DNA of 51,738 nucleotides from an uncultured Enterobacteriaceae bacterium (GTDB taxonomy: Bacteria > Pseudomonadota > Gammaproteobacteria > Eutrophobiales > Eutrophobiaceae): positions 1 to 51,738 of the forward strand of contig CAYOEQ010000002.1 of the NCBI GenBank assembly GCA_964402775.1, given 5' to 3'. Below, in pieces: positions 1-8,710 of the stretch (position 1 is the first letter of the stretch; each line of letters begins with the position of its first letter). Below the pieces are notes generated by a model, which did not search any database, had not been told where the DNA came from, and worked only from the letters and a program-made list of their open reading frames with translations. Made by a program: the position numbers and the translations under genes.

Positions 1-109
1 ACCCCTACTCGTTTTACCTTGGCAGCGTACAGCTTGTCATTCGGGGAGCGCCGGGTGAACTCATGGGAGTCGCCGACCCCCGGCGCGACGGCTCGGCGGG
101 CGGCACGGA

Positions 110-817
110 TTGAACGCCCTCCCGCTGGCGTTGTCCGTTCCACACAGTGGAATACGGGTCCCCGATGAGGTGAGGGACATCTGCGCGCTGGGCGCACAGG
201 AGGTCATCGAAGACGGCGACGTGGGCGCAGACGAAATTTATTCCCCGCTTGCACCTCATGTACTGGCGTTCCGGAAATCGGAAATCGCCCGGGCAATCGT
301 TGACCTGAACCGGGCTGCCGATGACTTCAGGAAGGACGGGATCATCAAGACCCATACCTGCTGGGATGTGCCGGTTTATCAGGAATTCCCCGATGACGAC
401 CTGATTGCCTCGCTGCTCGAAAACTATTACACCCCATACCACAAAACCTTGACGGAGTTTTCCACAATGCAGGATGTGCCCGTATGTATTGATTGTCATA
501 CCATGGCGACGCACGGTCCACCGGTCGGCCCTGACCCGGGCAAGGAGCGGCCCTTGATCTGTCTTGGAAATGTTCATCACAAAACCTGCTCGGAAGCATG
601 GATTGCCTTGCTGGCAGAGATACTGGAAGCGGAATTCCGACAGCCTGTCGCCGTTAACGCCCCCTTCGCCGGCGGGTATATCACTCGTCATTACGGTCAG
701 CGCAAGCCGTGGATACAACTGGAACTGTCCCGCACGAATAAGATCACAAACCAGGACAAAACGGCAGGACTGCTTAACTCGCTGCGTCAGTGGTGCGCAA
801 CTCTGTTCCCGGGTTAA
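110..817 (+). CDS. N-formylglutamate amidohydrolase family protein (FGase/HutG-like)
   Basis: 235-aa ORF. The TTG at 110 is the first possible start after an in-frame TGA at 56-58. It carries N-terminal SVPHSG, an internal IDCHTM and a C-terminal WIQLELSR segment, all typical of the FGase zinc-hydrolase family. Confidence 0.65.
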   Translation: MNALPLALSVPHSGIRVPDEVRDICALGAQEVIEDGDVGADEIYSPLAPHVLAFRKSEIARAIVDLNRAADDFRKDGIIKTHTCWDVPVYQEFPDDDLIASLLENYYTPYHKTLTEFSTMQDVPVCIDCHTMATHGPPVGPDPGKERPLICLGNVHHKTCSEAWIALLAEILEAEFRQPVAVNAPFAGGYITRHYGQRKPWIQLELSRTNKITNQDKTAGLLNSLRQWCATLFPG

Positions 818-985
818 AGAAGCTCTGAACCAGATTCAACCCGGAAGTAAACGATCCAGCGCTACCAGTACGCCTGCCGCGACGGCGCACGAACCCTTTT
901 TCCTATTGCAACAGCAGTAAAACATAGTAATATAACAACATTAAAACATTGTGAAACTACAACAACAAATACGGGTAACGCTGTA

Positions 986-2512
986 ATGGCCACATTTGAA
1001 ACTTTACTGGCAAATTCCCTGGAGCAGGCCAGACAAGCAGCACAGGATAATATCGTACAATCCGGTGAGTTGTCACGCTCTCACCGGGAACGCCTGCTCA
1101 AAGCGGGCTGGTTGACTCCGGTCATCCGGGGTTGGTATATCCTTGGTCATCCCGGTGACCAGGGTCAATCCACGCGCTGGTTTGCCTCCTACTGGGATTT
1201 TATTAAGCAATACCTGAACAAACGATTTGGCGCCGACTATTGCCTGTCGGCGGAAGCTTCGCTTGATTTTCATCTGGGCCAGAATGCGGTGCCGCCTCAA
1301 CTGGTAGTGATGATTGCAACAGGTGGCAGTAACCGACTTGAGTTGTTGCATCAGGCATCTCTATTCATGTATGAAACGATAGAGTTACCGAGCGATAGGG
1401 AGACTCGATTTGGGATACAGACACTGCCTCTGGCAGCCGCCTTATGTCGAAGTTCACCTGCTCTGTTCAGCCATGACCCCATCAAGGCAGAAATCGCGCT
1501 TCGCATGGTTGATCCAACAGACTTGGTCAGAATATTACTTAAGGGTGGACACACCAGCATTGCCGGCCGACTGATTGGGGCCTACCGTTTTTTAGGTGAT
1601 GACAGTACAGTACGATTAATAGAAAACAGCATGGCAAATGCCGGATATCAGGTAAGACCGGAGAATCCTTTTGAATCAAATCAACCGGTTTTTGGAAAAA
1701 GACCGGTACGCATCAGCTCACCCTATGCGGCTCGCATTCACGCACAATGGCAAGAAATGCGAGATTCCGTTATTATCCGGTTTCCTGGGCCTTCAGGATT
1801 AACAAGTGACCCTGTAGCCTCCGTGAAGGAAATCGAAAAACTGTACCAGCACGATGCCTACCACTCCTTATCTATCGAAGGTTATGAAGTCACACCGGAG
1901 TTGATTGAGCGTGTGCGCACCGGAGAATGGAATCCTGATGTCAATCAATCTGATATAGAGCAGCGTAATGCAATGGCAGCAAAAGGCTATTTTGACGCAT
2001 TCAGAGTTGTCTGTGAGAGCGTACAAAAAGTATTCAATGGCAGACACGCCGGAGAAACCGTAAGACGGGATTTACCAGACTGGTACCAGGCCTTATTCTC
2101 ACCAGGCGTTCAGGCGGGGATCATTAAACCTGCTGAACTGGCCGGCTATAGAAATGCTCAAGTCTATATTCGCAACTCTGCCCATGTTCCCTTGCCGAAA
2201 GAGGCCTTGCTTGATGCCCTGGATGCTTATTTTGAATGCTTAATTAACGAGCCCGCTCCCATTGTCAGTGCGATACTGGGGCATTTCTTTTTTGTATTTA
2301 TTCACCCATACATGGACGGCAATGGTCGAATTGCCCGTTTTCTCATGAATGTAATGCTGGTGTCAGGTGGTTATCGCTGGACAATAATTCGATCTGACAG
2401 AGCACGCCGCGAGCAATACATGCAAGCGTTAGAGCAGGCTTCCGTGCATAAGAATATAATTCCGTTTGCCGAGTTCATCGGGGAAGAAATGGCAGTGGAA
2501 TGGAAGAGTTGA
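986..2512 (+). CDS. Fic-domain protein (class II, autoinhibited AMPylase type) with a long extra N-terminal region
   Basis: 508-aa ORF with ATG at 986. The Fic active-site motif HPYMDGNGRIAR lies at nt 2303-2338. SLSIEG at nt 1865-1882 matches the [S/T]xxxE[G/N] inhibitory helix. N-terminal SRSHRERLLKAGWLTPVIRGWYILG resembles AbiEi-type winged-helix modules; that call is weaker. Confidence 0.85.
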   Translation: MATFETLLANSLEQARQAAQDNIVQSGELSRSHRERLLKAGWLTPVIRGWYILGHPGDQGQSTRWFASYWDFIKQYLNKRFGADYCLSAEASLDFHLGQNAVPPQLVVMIATGGSNRLELLHQASLFMYETIELPSDRETRFGIQTLPLAAALCRSSPALFSHDPIKAEIALRMVDPTDLVRILLKGGHTSIAGRLIGAYRFLGDDSTVRLIENSMANAGYQVRPENPFESNQPVFGKRPVRISSPYAARIHAQWQEMRDSVIIRFPGPSGLTSDPVASVKEIEKLYQHDAYHSLSIEGYEVTPELIERVRTGEWNPDVNQSDIEQRNAMAAKGYFDAFRVVCESVQKVFNGRHAGETVRRDLPDWYQALFSPGVQAGIIKPAELAGYRNAQVYIRNSAHVPLPKEALLDALDAYFECLINEPAPIVSAILGHFFFVFIHPYMDGNGRIARFLMNVMLVSGGYRWTIIRSDRARREQYMQALEQASVHKNIIPFAEFIGEEMAVEWKS

Positions 2513-2667
2513 CAAGAAGCGATGCACGCTTCAGGCTGAACAGGCCAAAACTCTCCGCAATACCCGGTTCAGTCGAACACCCTTGCTAACGGAGCAGTCC
2601 AGCACCAGCGAGGCCACTAACGACGTCCTTCCTTCCGTAAATCATTTATGGACAGGTCAGATCCGAG

Positions 2668-2859
2668 TCAAGTGCCTGTGCGGATACTATCCATTTCGGT
2701 AAATAATTCCTGTAGCCCGTCCTGCGAAACACGGTTGGCAGGCACCAGTTTTACGAGGGGTTTTTCGTGTCGGGTCACCAGAATTTCTTCACCCTGAGCC
2801 GCTTTTGTGGCAAGTTCGGAAAAATGGGCTTTTGCGTAAGTAAGAGGGACAGTGGTCAT
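2668..2859 (-). CDS. Phd/YefM-family type II antitoxin (orphan)
   Basis: 63-aa ORF. TYAKAHFSELATKAAQGEEILVTRHEKPLVKLVP is the typical Phd/YefM N-terminal pattern. A GGGAG Shine-Dalgarno sits 8 nt upstream of the ATG. The gene starts 22 nt after the stop of the endoQ-like gene. Confidence 0.7.
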   Translation of the reverse strand: MTTVPLTYAKAHFSELATKAAQGEEILVTRHEKPLVKLVPANRVSQDGLQELFTEMDSIRTGT

Positions 2860-2881
2860 GATATGACTCCCTATAAACTGA

Positions 2882-4180
2882 CTATTTACTGGTCATTTTG
2901 GGTGTTGAGGCAAAAGTGGCGGCTTGCTTCAGTTCATCTTCATGGAACAGTTTGATCCTGCCGTATTCGCCATCGTAACCGGCTTCGCGGATCACGTCTC
3001 CTTTGCGCATACGGGCGATGGCCTCGGGTATCAGGGAGGAATTGGAAAGATTTTGGATCTCCTCCAGGGGGAGGTCGTTCAGTATCCCTAATTCCGACCC
3101 CAGTTTGTGCAGCAGTTGTTCGTATTCGTTTGCTACCCGCTTGCTGTTCGGGCCGACGCCTTCCGTTTCCGCGATTACCTCCGGCAGGGGAACCAGGCTG
3201 ACAAAGGGATCGGTGGTTTCAGGCGCTTCCCCTGCGGTGCGATCAGCCAGTTCATGTACACGGTGCATCACGCCCAGGGTCAGCGGTTTGCCGCACACGG
3301 GACAGATACCGTCCAGTTGGCGGCTCTGTTCCGGTGACAGGCGGATATTGCATTTGCGATGCCCGTCCAGGTGGTACTTGCCCTCTTCCGGAAAGAATTC
3401 CGCGCTGCCGCCGTAGCCTTCACCCGTCTCCAGGGCGCGGCGCATGGAAAAATAGTCCAGGTCGGTGTTGAATATACAAGCCTCCCGTCCCAGTCTGGCC
3501 GGGGAATGCGCGTCCGAGTTGGAGACCAGGCGGTAACGATCAAGGTCCGAGACAAGCCTTATCATGGCCGGGTCGGCTGAGAGGCCGGTCTCTACGGCGA
3601 ATATGTGCTCCGCAAGGTCGCCGTAACACTCGCCTATGGAATCGAAGCCGGATTTCGACCCCAGGACGGCGAACCAGGGAGTCCAGATATGGGCCGGCAC
3701 CAGGTAGCAGCCCTCCCCGGCCTCCAGCACAATCTCCAGTAAATGGTGGGAATCCAGGCCCAGGATGGGCCGCCCGTCGGACTTGATGTTGCCGATACGG
3801 TCGAGCTTCCGGTTGATAAACTCCGCTTGGTTCAGGGTAGGCGCGTAGATCAGGTGGTGGATTTTGCGTGTCTTCTCGCCCTTCTTGTAGATGGTGGAGA
3901 TCTCCACCGACAGCATGAAACGGGTTGTGCCGTGACAACTTCCCGGCAGTTTCTCCGTCACTTCTTTTTCTATGTCAGCGCGCAGGCGGAACAGGCCTGG
4001 CTCCGCGGGAACGAGTTTTTCCTTTATTTCGCTGAACCAGGCCGGGTGGGTAAAGTCACCGGTGCCGATAACGGTAATGCCTTTTTTACGTCCCCAGAAG
4101 CTTAAATGCTCCAGGTCGCAATCCTTGCTGGTGGCGCGGGAATATTTTGAGTGAATATGAAGATCGGCATAAAAACGCAT
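2882..4180 (-). CDS. Endonuclease Q-like PHP-domain nuclease
   Basis: 432-aa ORF. Motifs DLHIHSKYSRATS, GTGDFTHPAW, IHHLIY, DGRPILG, PAHIWTPW, TGLSADP, SNSDAHSPARLGRE, GKYHLDGHRKC...CPVCG and the C-terminal GYDGEYGRI are colinear with archaeal EndoQ as I recall it. Confidence 0.72.
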   Translation of the reverse strand: MRFYADLHIHSKYSRATSKDCDLEHLSFWGRKKGITVIGTGDFTHPAWFSEIKEKLVPAEPGLFRLRADIEKEVTEKLPGSCHGTTRFMLSVEISTIYKKGEKTRKIHHLIYAPTLNQAEFINRKLDRIGNIKSDGRPILGLDSHHLLEIVLEAGEGCYLVPAHIWTPWFAVLGSKSGFDSIGECYGDLAEHIFAVETGLSADPAMIRLVSDLDRYRLVSNSDAHSPARLGREACIFNTDLDYFSMRRALETGEGYGGSAEFFPEEGKYHLDGHRKCNIRLSPEQSRQLDGICPVCGKPLTLGVMHRVHELADRTAGEAPETTDPFVSLVPLPEVIAETEGVGPNSKRVANEYEQLLHKLGSELGILNDLPLEEIQNLSNSSLIPEAIARMRKGDVIREAGYDGEYGRIKLFHEDELKQAATFASTPKMTSK

Positions 4181-4181
4181 G

Positions 4182-5153
4182 TCAGGGAATGAGGATAGGC
4201 GAACCGATGATGGATCGGTCTTCCAGGTGCCGATGCGCTTCTGCGGCGTCTTTCAATGCAAAAGGCACGCCGTTTTCAACGTCCAGCAAACCGCTTGTTA
4301 TGGCTGTGAAATAGCGTTGCGCTGATAGTAACAGGTCCTCCCTGCTCCCGGTGTATCCATACAGTGTGGGCCGGGTCAGGAACAGGCTACCGCGTTTTGC
4401 CAGGTCCAGGACATCAAGGGGTGGCGGTTTCCCGGAAGCATTGCCGAAGCTGACCATCATGCCCCTGGGCCTGATGCAATCCAGGGATTTCATGAAAGTG
4501 GCCTTGCCGATGGAGTCATAAGCGATATCGACGCCCTGCCCTCCCGTCAGTTCTTTTACTTGCGGGACAAAATCCTGCTGGTGCAACAGCACCTCCGAGC
4601 AGCCGTTTTCCCGGGCAATATCCATCTTCTCTTCGGAACCGACCGTGCCGAGCACCCTTGCGCCGATCTTGCTGGCCCACTGGCACAGGAGCCTGCCCGT
4701 GCCGCCGGCCGCGGCATGGACCAGCGCCGTCTCCCCTGCCTTCAGCTCATACAACCGGTGAGTCAGGTACTCAACGGTCAGGCCCCGGGTCAGCGTGGTC
4801 CCCGCCACTTCATTGGAAATACCCTCGGGCAGGGGCACGAGCAGGACCGCATCTATCACTCTTTCCGAGGTGTAGGCGCCCAAGGGCTTCGAGGCATAGC
4901 CGACCCGGTCCCCGGGGTTGAACCCGGTGACGCCGGCGCCGACCGCTTCAACGACGGCAGCGGCCTGGTCACCGGGTATCAGCGGCAATTCAGCCGGATA
5001 CAGCCCGGAACGGTAATAAGTGTCGATGTAATTCACGCCGATGGCGGTGTTGCGGACCAATACTTCACCCGGACCGGGCGCGCCGATGGGGTTATCCTGG
5101 TATGACAGTACCTCGGGGCCGCCATATTGATTGACAAAAACTGCCTTGCTCAT
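4182..5153 (-). CDS. qor: NADPH:quinone oxidoreductase (zeta-crystallin/MDR family)
   Basis: 323-aa ORF with PGPGEVLVRNTAIGVNYIDTYYRSGLYP and the nucleotide-binding VHAAAGGTG. Its stop lies 1 nt before the ATG of the endoQ-like gene. Confidence 0.85.
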   Translation of the reverse strand: MSKAVFVNQYGGPEVLSYQDNPIGAPGPGEVLVRNTAIGVNYIDTYYRSGLYPAELPLIPGDQAAAVVEAVGAGVTGFNPGDRVGYASKPLGAYTSERVIDAVLLVPLPEGISNEVAGTTLTRGLTVEYLTHRLYELKAGETALVHAAAGGTGRLLCQWASKIGARVLGTVGSEEKMDIARENGCSEVLLHQQDFVPQVKELTGGQGVDIAYDSIGKATFMKSLDCIRPRGMMVSFGNASGKPPPLDVLDLAKRGSLFLTRPTLYGYTGSREDLLLSAQRYFTAITSGLLDVENGVPFALKDAAEAHRHLEDRSIIGSPILIP

Positions 5154-5268
5154 GGTTGTTCTTCCTGATTAGTCGTTTATTGACTATTATGCTTGGCTGG
5201 AAAAATATAACAAGATAATACGTTGTCAGAGAAACTTATCCGGACATGTACGCGTTAAAATAATTTTT

Positions 5269-6696
5269 ATGAACGACTCACAATCAATTCAGGAAATCAT
5301 GGAAGATCACGCGCTGGAGCGGGTGCCGGATGGCCAGCGGCATGGCTGGCTCGACATGTCCTGGAACACCGTCGGCATCGTCACCACACTGGTGCAGATT
5401 TATGTGGGCGCGCTGATCACATTCATAGCGGGCATGAAAATCGCCCTGCTCTCCGGCGTCATTGTTGCGCTGGCCGGCGGGTTTCTCGGCTGGGGTGTAG
5501 GGCATATCGCCTACAAAACAGGACTGGCCAGCGGTGTCATGGCCAGGATCCACGGTTTCGGAATAAAAGGGTCGGTAATCGGTTCGTCCATTTTTGCTTT
5601 CATGATTATCGGCTTCATCGCCGCCGAGAACGTGCTGCTCTACAGGGGATTCCTGTTTTACCTGGATATTGAAGACACCTTGTCCAATCAAATCATAATT
5701 TACGGCATTTTCACCATTACCTGGATACTGCTCACTGCCTATGGTTTCAGGCTGGTCACCAAAGTCTCATCCGCCATGGTGATTGGTTTTCTTATTGTCC
5801 TGCTCTACATGTTATTCATCATCATCGTTTCCGCGGACCAGTCCTGGATGGATATGGTCTTTTTCGATACCCAGGTATCGGCCGAAACCCTGGAAAACAC
5901 CAACGCAACGACAGACTTCACCAAACTTGTATTCGGCATCAACATCCTGGCCGGTTCCGCGGGGGCGCTGGCGCTGATAGATGCCGACCTGGGACGCTAT
6001 TCCAGGAGTTCCATGGACATCGGTATAGCGGCGTTCCTGGGAAACTTTGCGCTGGACGTGTTCATGATCTTCATAGGCGGCGTAATCATGTACGCAGGAA
6101 TGCCGGTGCTGGTCGAGTATTACGTCAATACCGCCGGCATGACTGAGGCGGAGGCAAGGGTCATTGCCGTGGAAAACCCCGACCGGGTCGCAGCGGCATT
6201 CATCATCTTCGGCGGCGTACTCGGTACCGTGCTGATGTTCCTGGCTAATGCGAAGGCCCAGGTGCTGAATACCTACAGTTCGTCGCTGTCGCTGACGAAT
6301 ATCATGGATGCCCTGTTCGGCTGGAAACCGGGCAGGATCGTATTCGTGGTCGTCGCCAACCTGCTCTCCCTGCTGTTTCTCTATGGCGGGATTATAAGCT
6401 GGTTCAAGTCGTTCCTGATCATCCTCAGCGTGTTGACCGTGAGCTTTTCCGGGATCATGCTCGCTGATTATTTTATCGTCAAACGCTGGTTAAACCGGGC
6501 AGATTCGTCACCGGGACGCGTTCGGCAGGTCAACTGGGCGGGGGTTATCACCATTACCAGTTCGTTTATCCTGTCCCATTATATTTTCAACAGAATTATT
6601 CCCGTTGAATTTGTCACCGCGATAATTGTCTCCCTGCTACTATATCCCTCGCTGAGCATGCTGTTCATTACCTGGGAATACGGTGCGCAAAAATGA
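5269..6696 (+). CDS. NCS1-family (purine-cytosine/CodB-like) permease
   Basis: 475-aa ORF that is hydrophobic throughout, with about 12 predicted helices. The N-terminal LERVPDGQRHGW is typical of the purine-cytosine permease branch. Confidence 0.72.
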   Translation: MNDSQSIQEIMEDHALERVPDGQRHGWLDMSWNTVGIVTTLVQIYVGALITFIAGMKIALLSGVIVALAGGFLGWGVGHIAYKTGLASGVMARIHGFGIKGSVIGSSIFAFMIIGFIAAENVLLYRGFLFYLDIEDTLSNQIIIYGIFTITWILLTAYGFRLVTKVSSAMVIGFLIVLLYMLFIIIVSADQSWMDMVFFDTQVSAETLENTNATTDFTKLVFGINILAGSAGALALIDADLGRYSRSSMDIGIAAFLGNFALDVFMIFIGGVIMYAGMPVLVEYYVNTAGMTEAEARVIAVENPDRVAAAFIIFGGVLGTVLMFLANAKAQVLNTYSSSLSLTNIMDALFGWKPGRIVFVVVANLLSLLFLYGGIISWFKSFLIILSVLTVSFSGIMLADYFIVKRWLNRADSSPGRVRQVNWAGVITITSSFILSHYIFNRIIPVEFVTAIIVSLLLYPSLSMLFITWEYGAQK

Positions 6697-7709
6697 AACT
6701 GGCAAGCGTAAGGTATGAGGATGACGACGTGGTCGCGGTTCACCTTGATGATGAACGGCTTGTTGATGTCAGGACGTTGTTTGAATTGAACTCCACCCCG
6801 TCCGGAATTGCCGTTTTCACGGATATGACAGAAATCATACGCGCCGGCCGGACATTACTGGATAAACTCGATGCCGCTCTTGGCGTTCTGCGGACAGGTA
6901 ACAAACCAGTGCAATCAATTCCCATGCGGGACGTAACATGGCATGCGCCGGTGCGCAATCCGGGCAAGATCTGCGGCGTTGCCATGAACAATTCCGCCAG
7001 CAATGCCAGGAAGATCAGCGCGCCGGAACACCCTGCATTTTTCCTGAAACCGGCATCCTGTCTTACCGGGCATGACCAGCCCATACGCATCCGGCCCTAC
7101 TATGGCAGCGTGCATCCGGAGCCGGAATTATCGGTCATCATAGGCAGCGAGACCAGGGATATTCCCGCTTCCCGGGCGCTGGATGCCGTGTTCGGTTACA
7201 GTATCTTCAACGACATCACCGGTAACGGCATGCGCGCCGAGGACATGTTCGAGTACTGGGCCGTTTATGCCGATGAGGACAACCCCGCTGAAACGGTCCG
7301 GGTGAGGCAGCATCTATCCTATGCCGGACGTTACAAGGGCACGGATACTTTCGGCTGTTCGGGCCCCTGGCTGGTCACGAAAGACGAGATAGAGAACCCG
7401 GACGATCTGAACGTCTACTGCAAGGCCGGGGGTGAATTGATAGCCGAGGATAATACCCGGTACTACAACTACCGGGTCGCGGAAATCATCAGTTTCATCA
7501 GCCAGTTCCATACGCTTAATCCCGGGGACATCATTTCCTGCGGCACCGCCTTCAGGCCGTCTGCCACGCGCAAATCCATCCACCAAGCCAATCTCCAGGT
7601 TACCGGAGGTCCGGTAGAGGTCAGTATCGACGGATTGGGTACGCTGGCAAACCCGGTAATCATTGAAGACAGGGAAATGGGTAGCTGGCGTTTGCACAGT
7701 ACCCGCTGA
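6693..7709 (+). CDS. Fumarylacetoacetate hydrolase (FAH) family protein
   Basis: 338-aa ORF whose ATG overlaps the permease stop (ATGA). FAH-fold segments include GKICGVAMN, HPEPELSVIIG and FGYSIFNDIT. Confidence 0.8.
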   Translation: MKLASVRYEDDDVVAVHLDDERLVDVRTLFELNSTPSGIAVFTDMTEIIRAGRTLLDKLDAALGVLRTGNKPVQSIPMRDVTWHAPVRNPGKICGVAMNNSASNARKISAPEHPAFFLKPASCLTGHDQPIRIRPYYGSVHPEPELSVIIGSETRDIPASRALDAVFGYSIFNDITGNGMRAEDMFEYWAVYADEDNPAETVRVRQHLSYAGRYKGTDTFGCSGPWLVTKDEIENPDDLNVYCKAGGELIAEDNTRYYNYRVAEIISFISQFHTLNPGDIISCGTAFRPSATRKSIHQANLQVTGGPVEVSIDGLGTLANPVIIEDREMGSWRLHSTR

Positions 7710-7750
7710 GCTATACTCCCTCACATGATCCTGCACGGAGACAATCTGCC

Positions 7751-8710
7751 ATGACGACATCCCTGGTCTGTGCCTCCCATTCACCGCTGCTGTATTGCTA
7801 TGCCAGGGAACCCGGGGACTGGGAGGAGTTGCAACAGGCGTTTGCCGCGCGCGCGCAGGCCGTTGCGGAGTTTGACCCGGAACTGGTGATTGCCTTCGGT
7901 TCGGACCACTTCAACGGTTTTTTCCTGAAGACCATGCCGGCGTTCTGTGTCGGTCTCAGCGCCGGGGCGGCAGAGGATATTGGCGGGTTTGCAGGCCCTG
8001 TGAGCGTACCGGAGGACACGGCCATCGCCTGTGTCGAGCACTTGCGTAATAACGATATCGATACTGCGGTATCCTACAGCATGACCGTCGATCATGCTTT
8101 CTCCCAGACCATCACCCTCATGCTCGGCAGTCTCACGGCGCGTCCGCTGATCCCCGTCTTCATCAACTGTATTACGAAGCCGTTCGTGCCTTTCCGGCGC
8201 ACTCGCCTGCTGGGAGAAGCAATCGGGCATTTTGCGCTGGCCCTGAACAAGAGAGTGTTGTTGCTTGCCTCGGGCGGTATGTCGCACCACCCTGCCCGGT
8301 ATTATCCCGGGCACGGCGAGGGAGAACGTGAAGTTGAGGCCTGGAAACTTTCAGGTGGCGATGATCCTGAGTCCCTGACGCCGGCCCAATGGCTTGAACG
8401 CCTGGAGGTGATGCATCATGAGGGCGCAAAGATGATTGCCCGGGGAGAACGTACCGCGGACGATATGCGTTTGAACGCGGAATCGGATAAGCGCTTTCTG
8501 GGCTTGTTGACGCAGAACAGGCTGGAAGAATACGATGACTGGGACCAGTATCGACTGGTGGAAACAGGCGGCATCGGTTCCATGGAACTGCATACCTGGA
8601 TTGCCGCCGCTGCCGCGCACCGGGCAGCCGGCGGCAGGATGCCCGTCCGGGATTTTTACAGTGTTATGCCGGAACTGGGTATCGCCGCAGGTATTGTTCA
8701 CGCCGAGTGA
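7751..8710 (+). CDS. Class III (LigB-type) extradiol ring-cleavage dioxygenase, MhpB-like
   Basis: 319-aa ORF. It is colinear with E. coli MhpB as recalled: VIAFGSDHFNGFF, SYSMTVDHAFSQ, PVFINC, FRRTRLLGEAIG and LLASGGMSHHP. Confidence 0.8.
   Translation: MTTSLVCASHSPLLYCYAREPGDWEELQQAFAARAQAVAEFDPELVIAFGSDHFNGFFLKTMPAFCVGLSAGAAEDIGGFAGPVSVPEDTAIACVEHLRNNDIDTAVSYSMTVDHAFSQTITLMLGSLTARPLIPVFINCITKPFVPFRRTRLLGEAIGHFALALNKRVLLLASGGMSHHPARYYPGHGEGEREVEAWKLSGGDDPESLTPAQWLERLEVMHHEGAKMIARGERTADDMRLNAESDKRFLGLLTQNRLEEYDDWDQYRLVETGGIGSMELHTWIAAAAAHRAAGGRMPVRDFYSVMPELGIAAGIVHAE

Noticed and set aside
1-58. Open frame ending at TGA 56-58 that could be the 3' end of an upstream plus-strand gene
   Set aside because: Only 18 codons are present and they have no recognisable features.
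14-718. 234-aa minus-strand ORF
   Set aside because: It lies entirely antisense to the well-supported FGase-family gene (110-817). The sequence is Arg/Gly/Pro-rich with no motifs, as is typical of shadow ORFs in GC-rich coding DNA.
5180-5211. Sigma-70 promoter candidate (TTGACT ... TATAAC) upstream of the NCS1 permease
   Set aside because: The spacer is 20 nt to the good -10 hexamer, or 18 nt to a poor one (AATATA). The geometry does not support a confident call.
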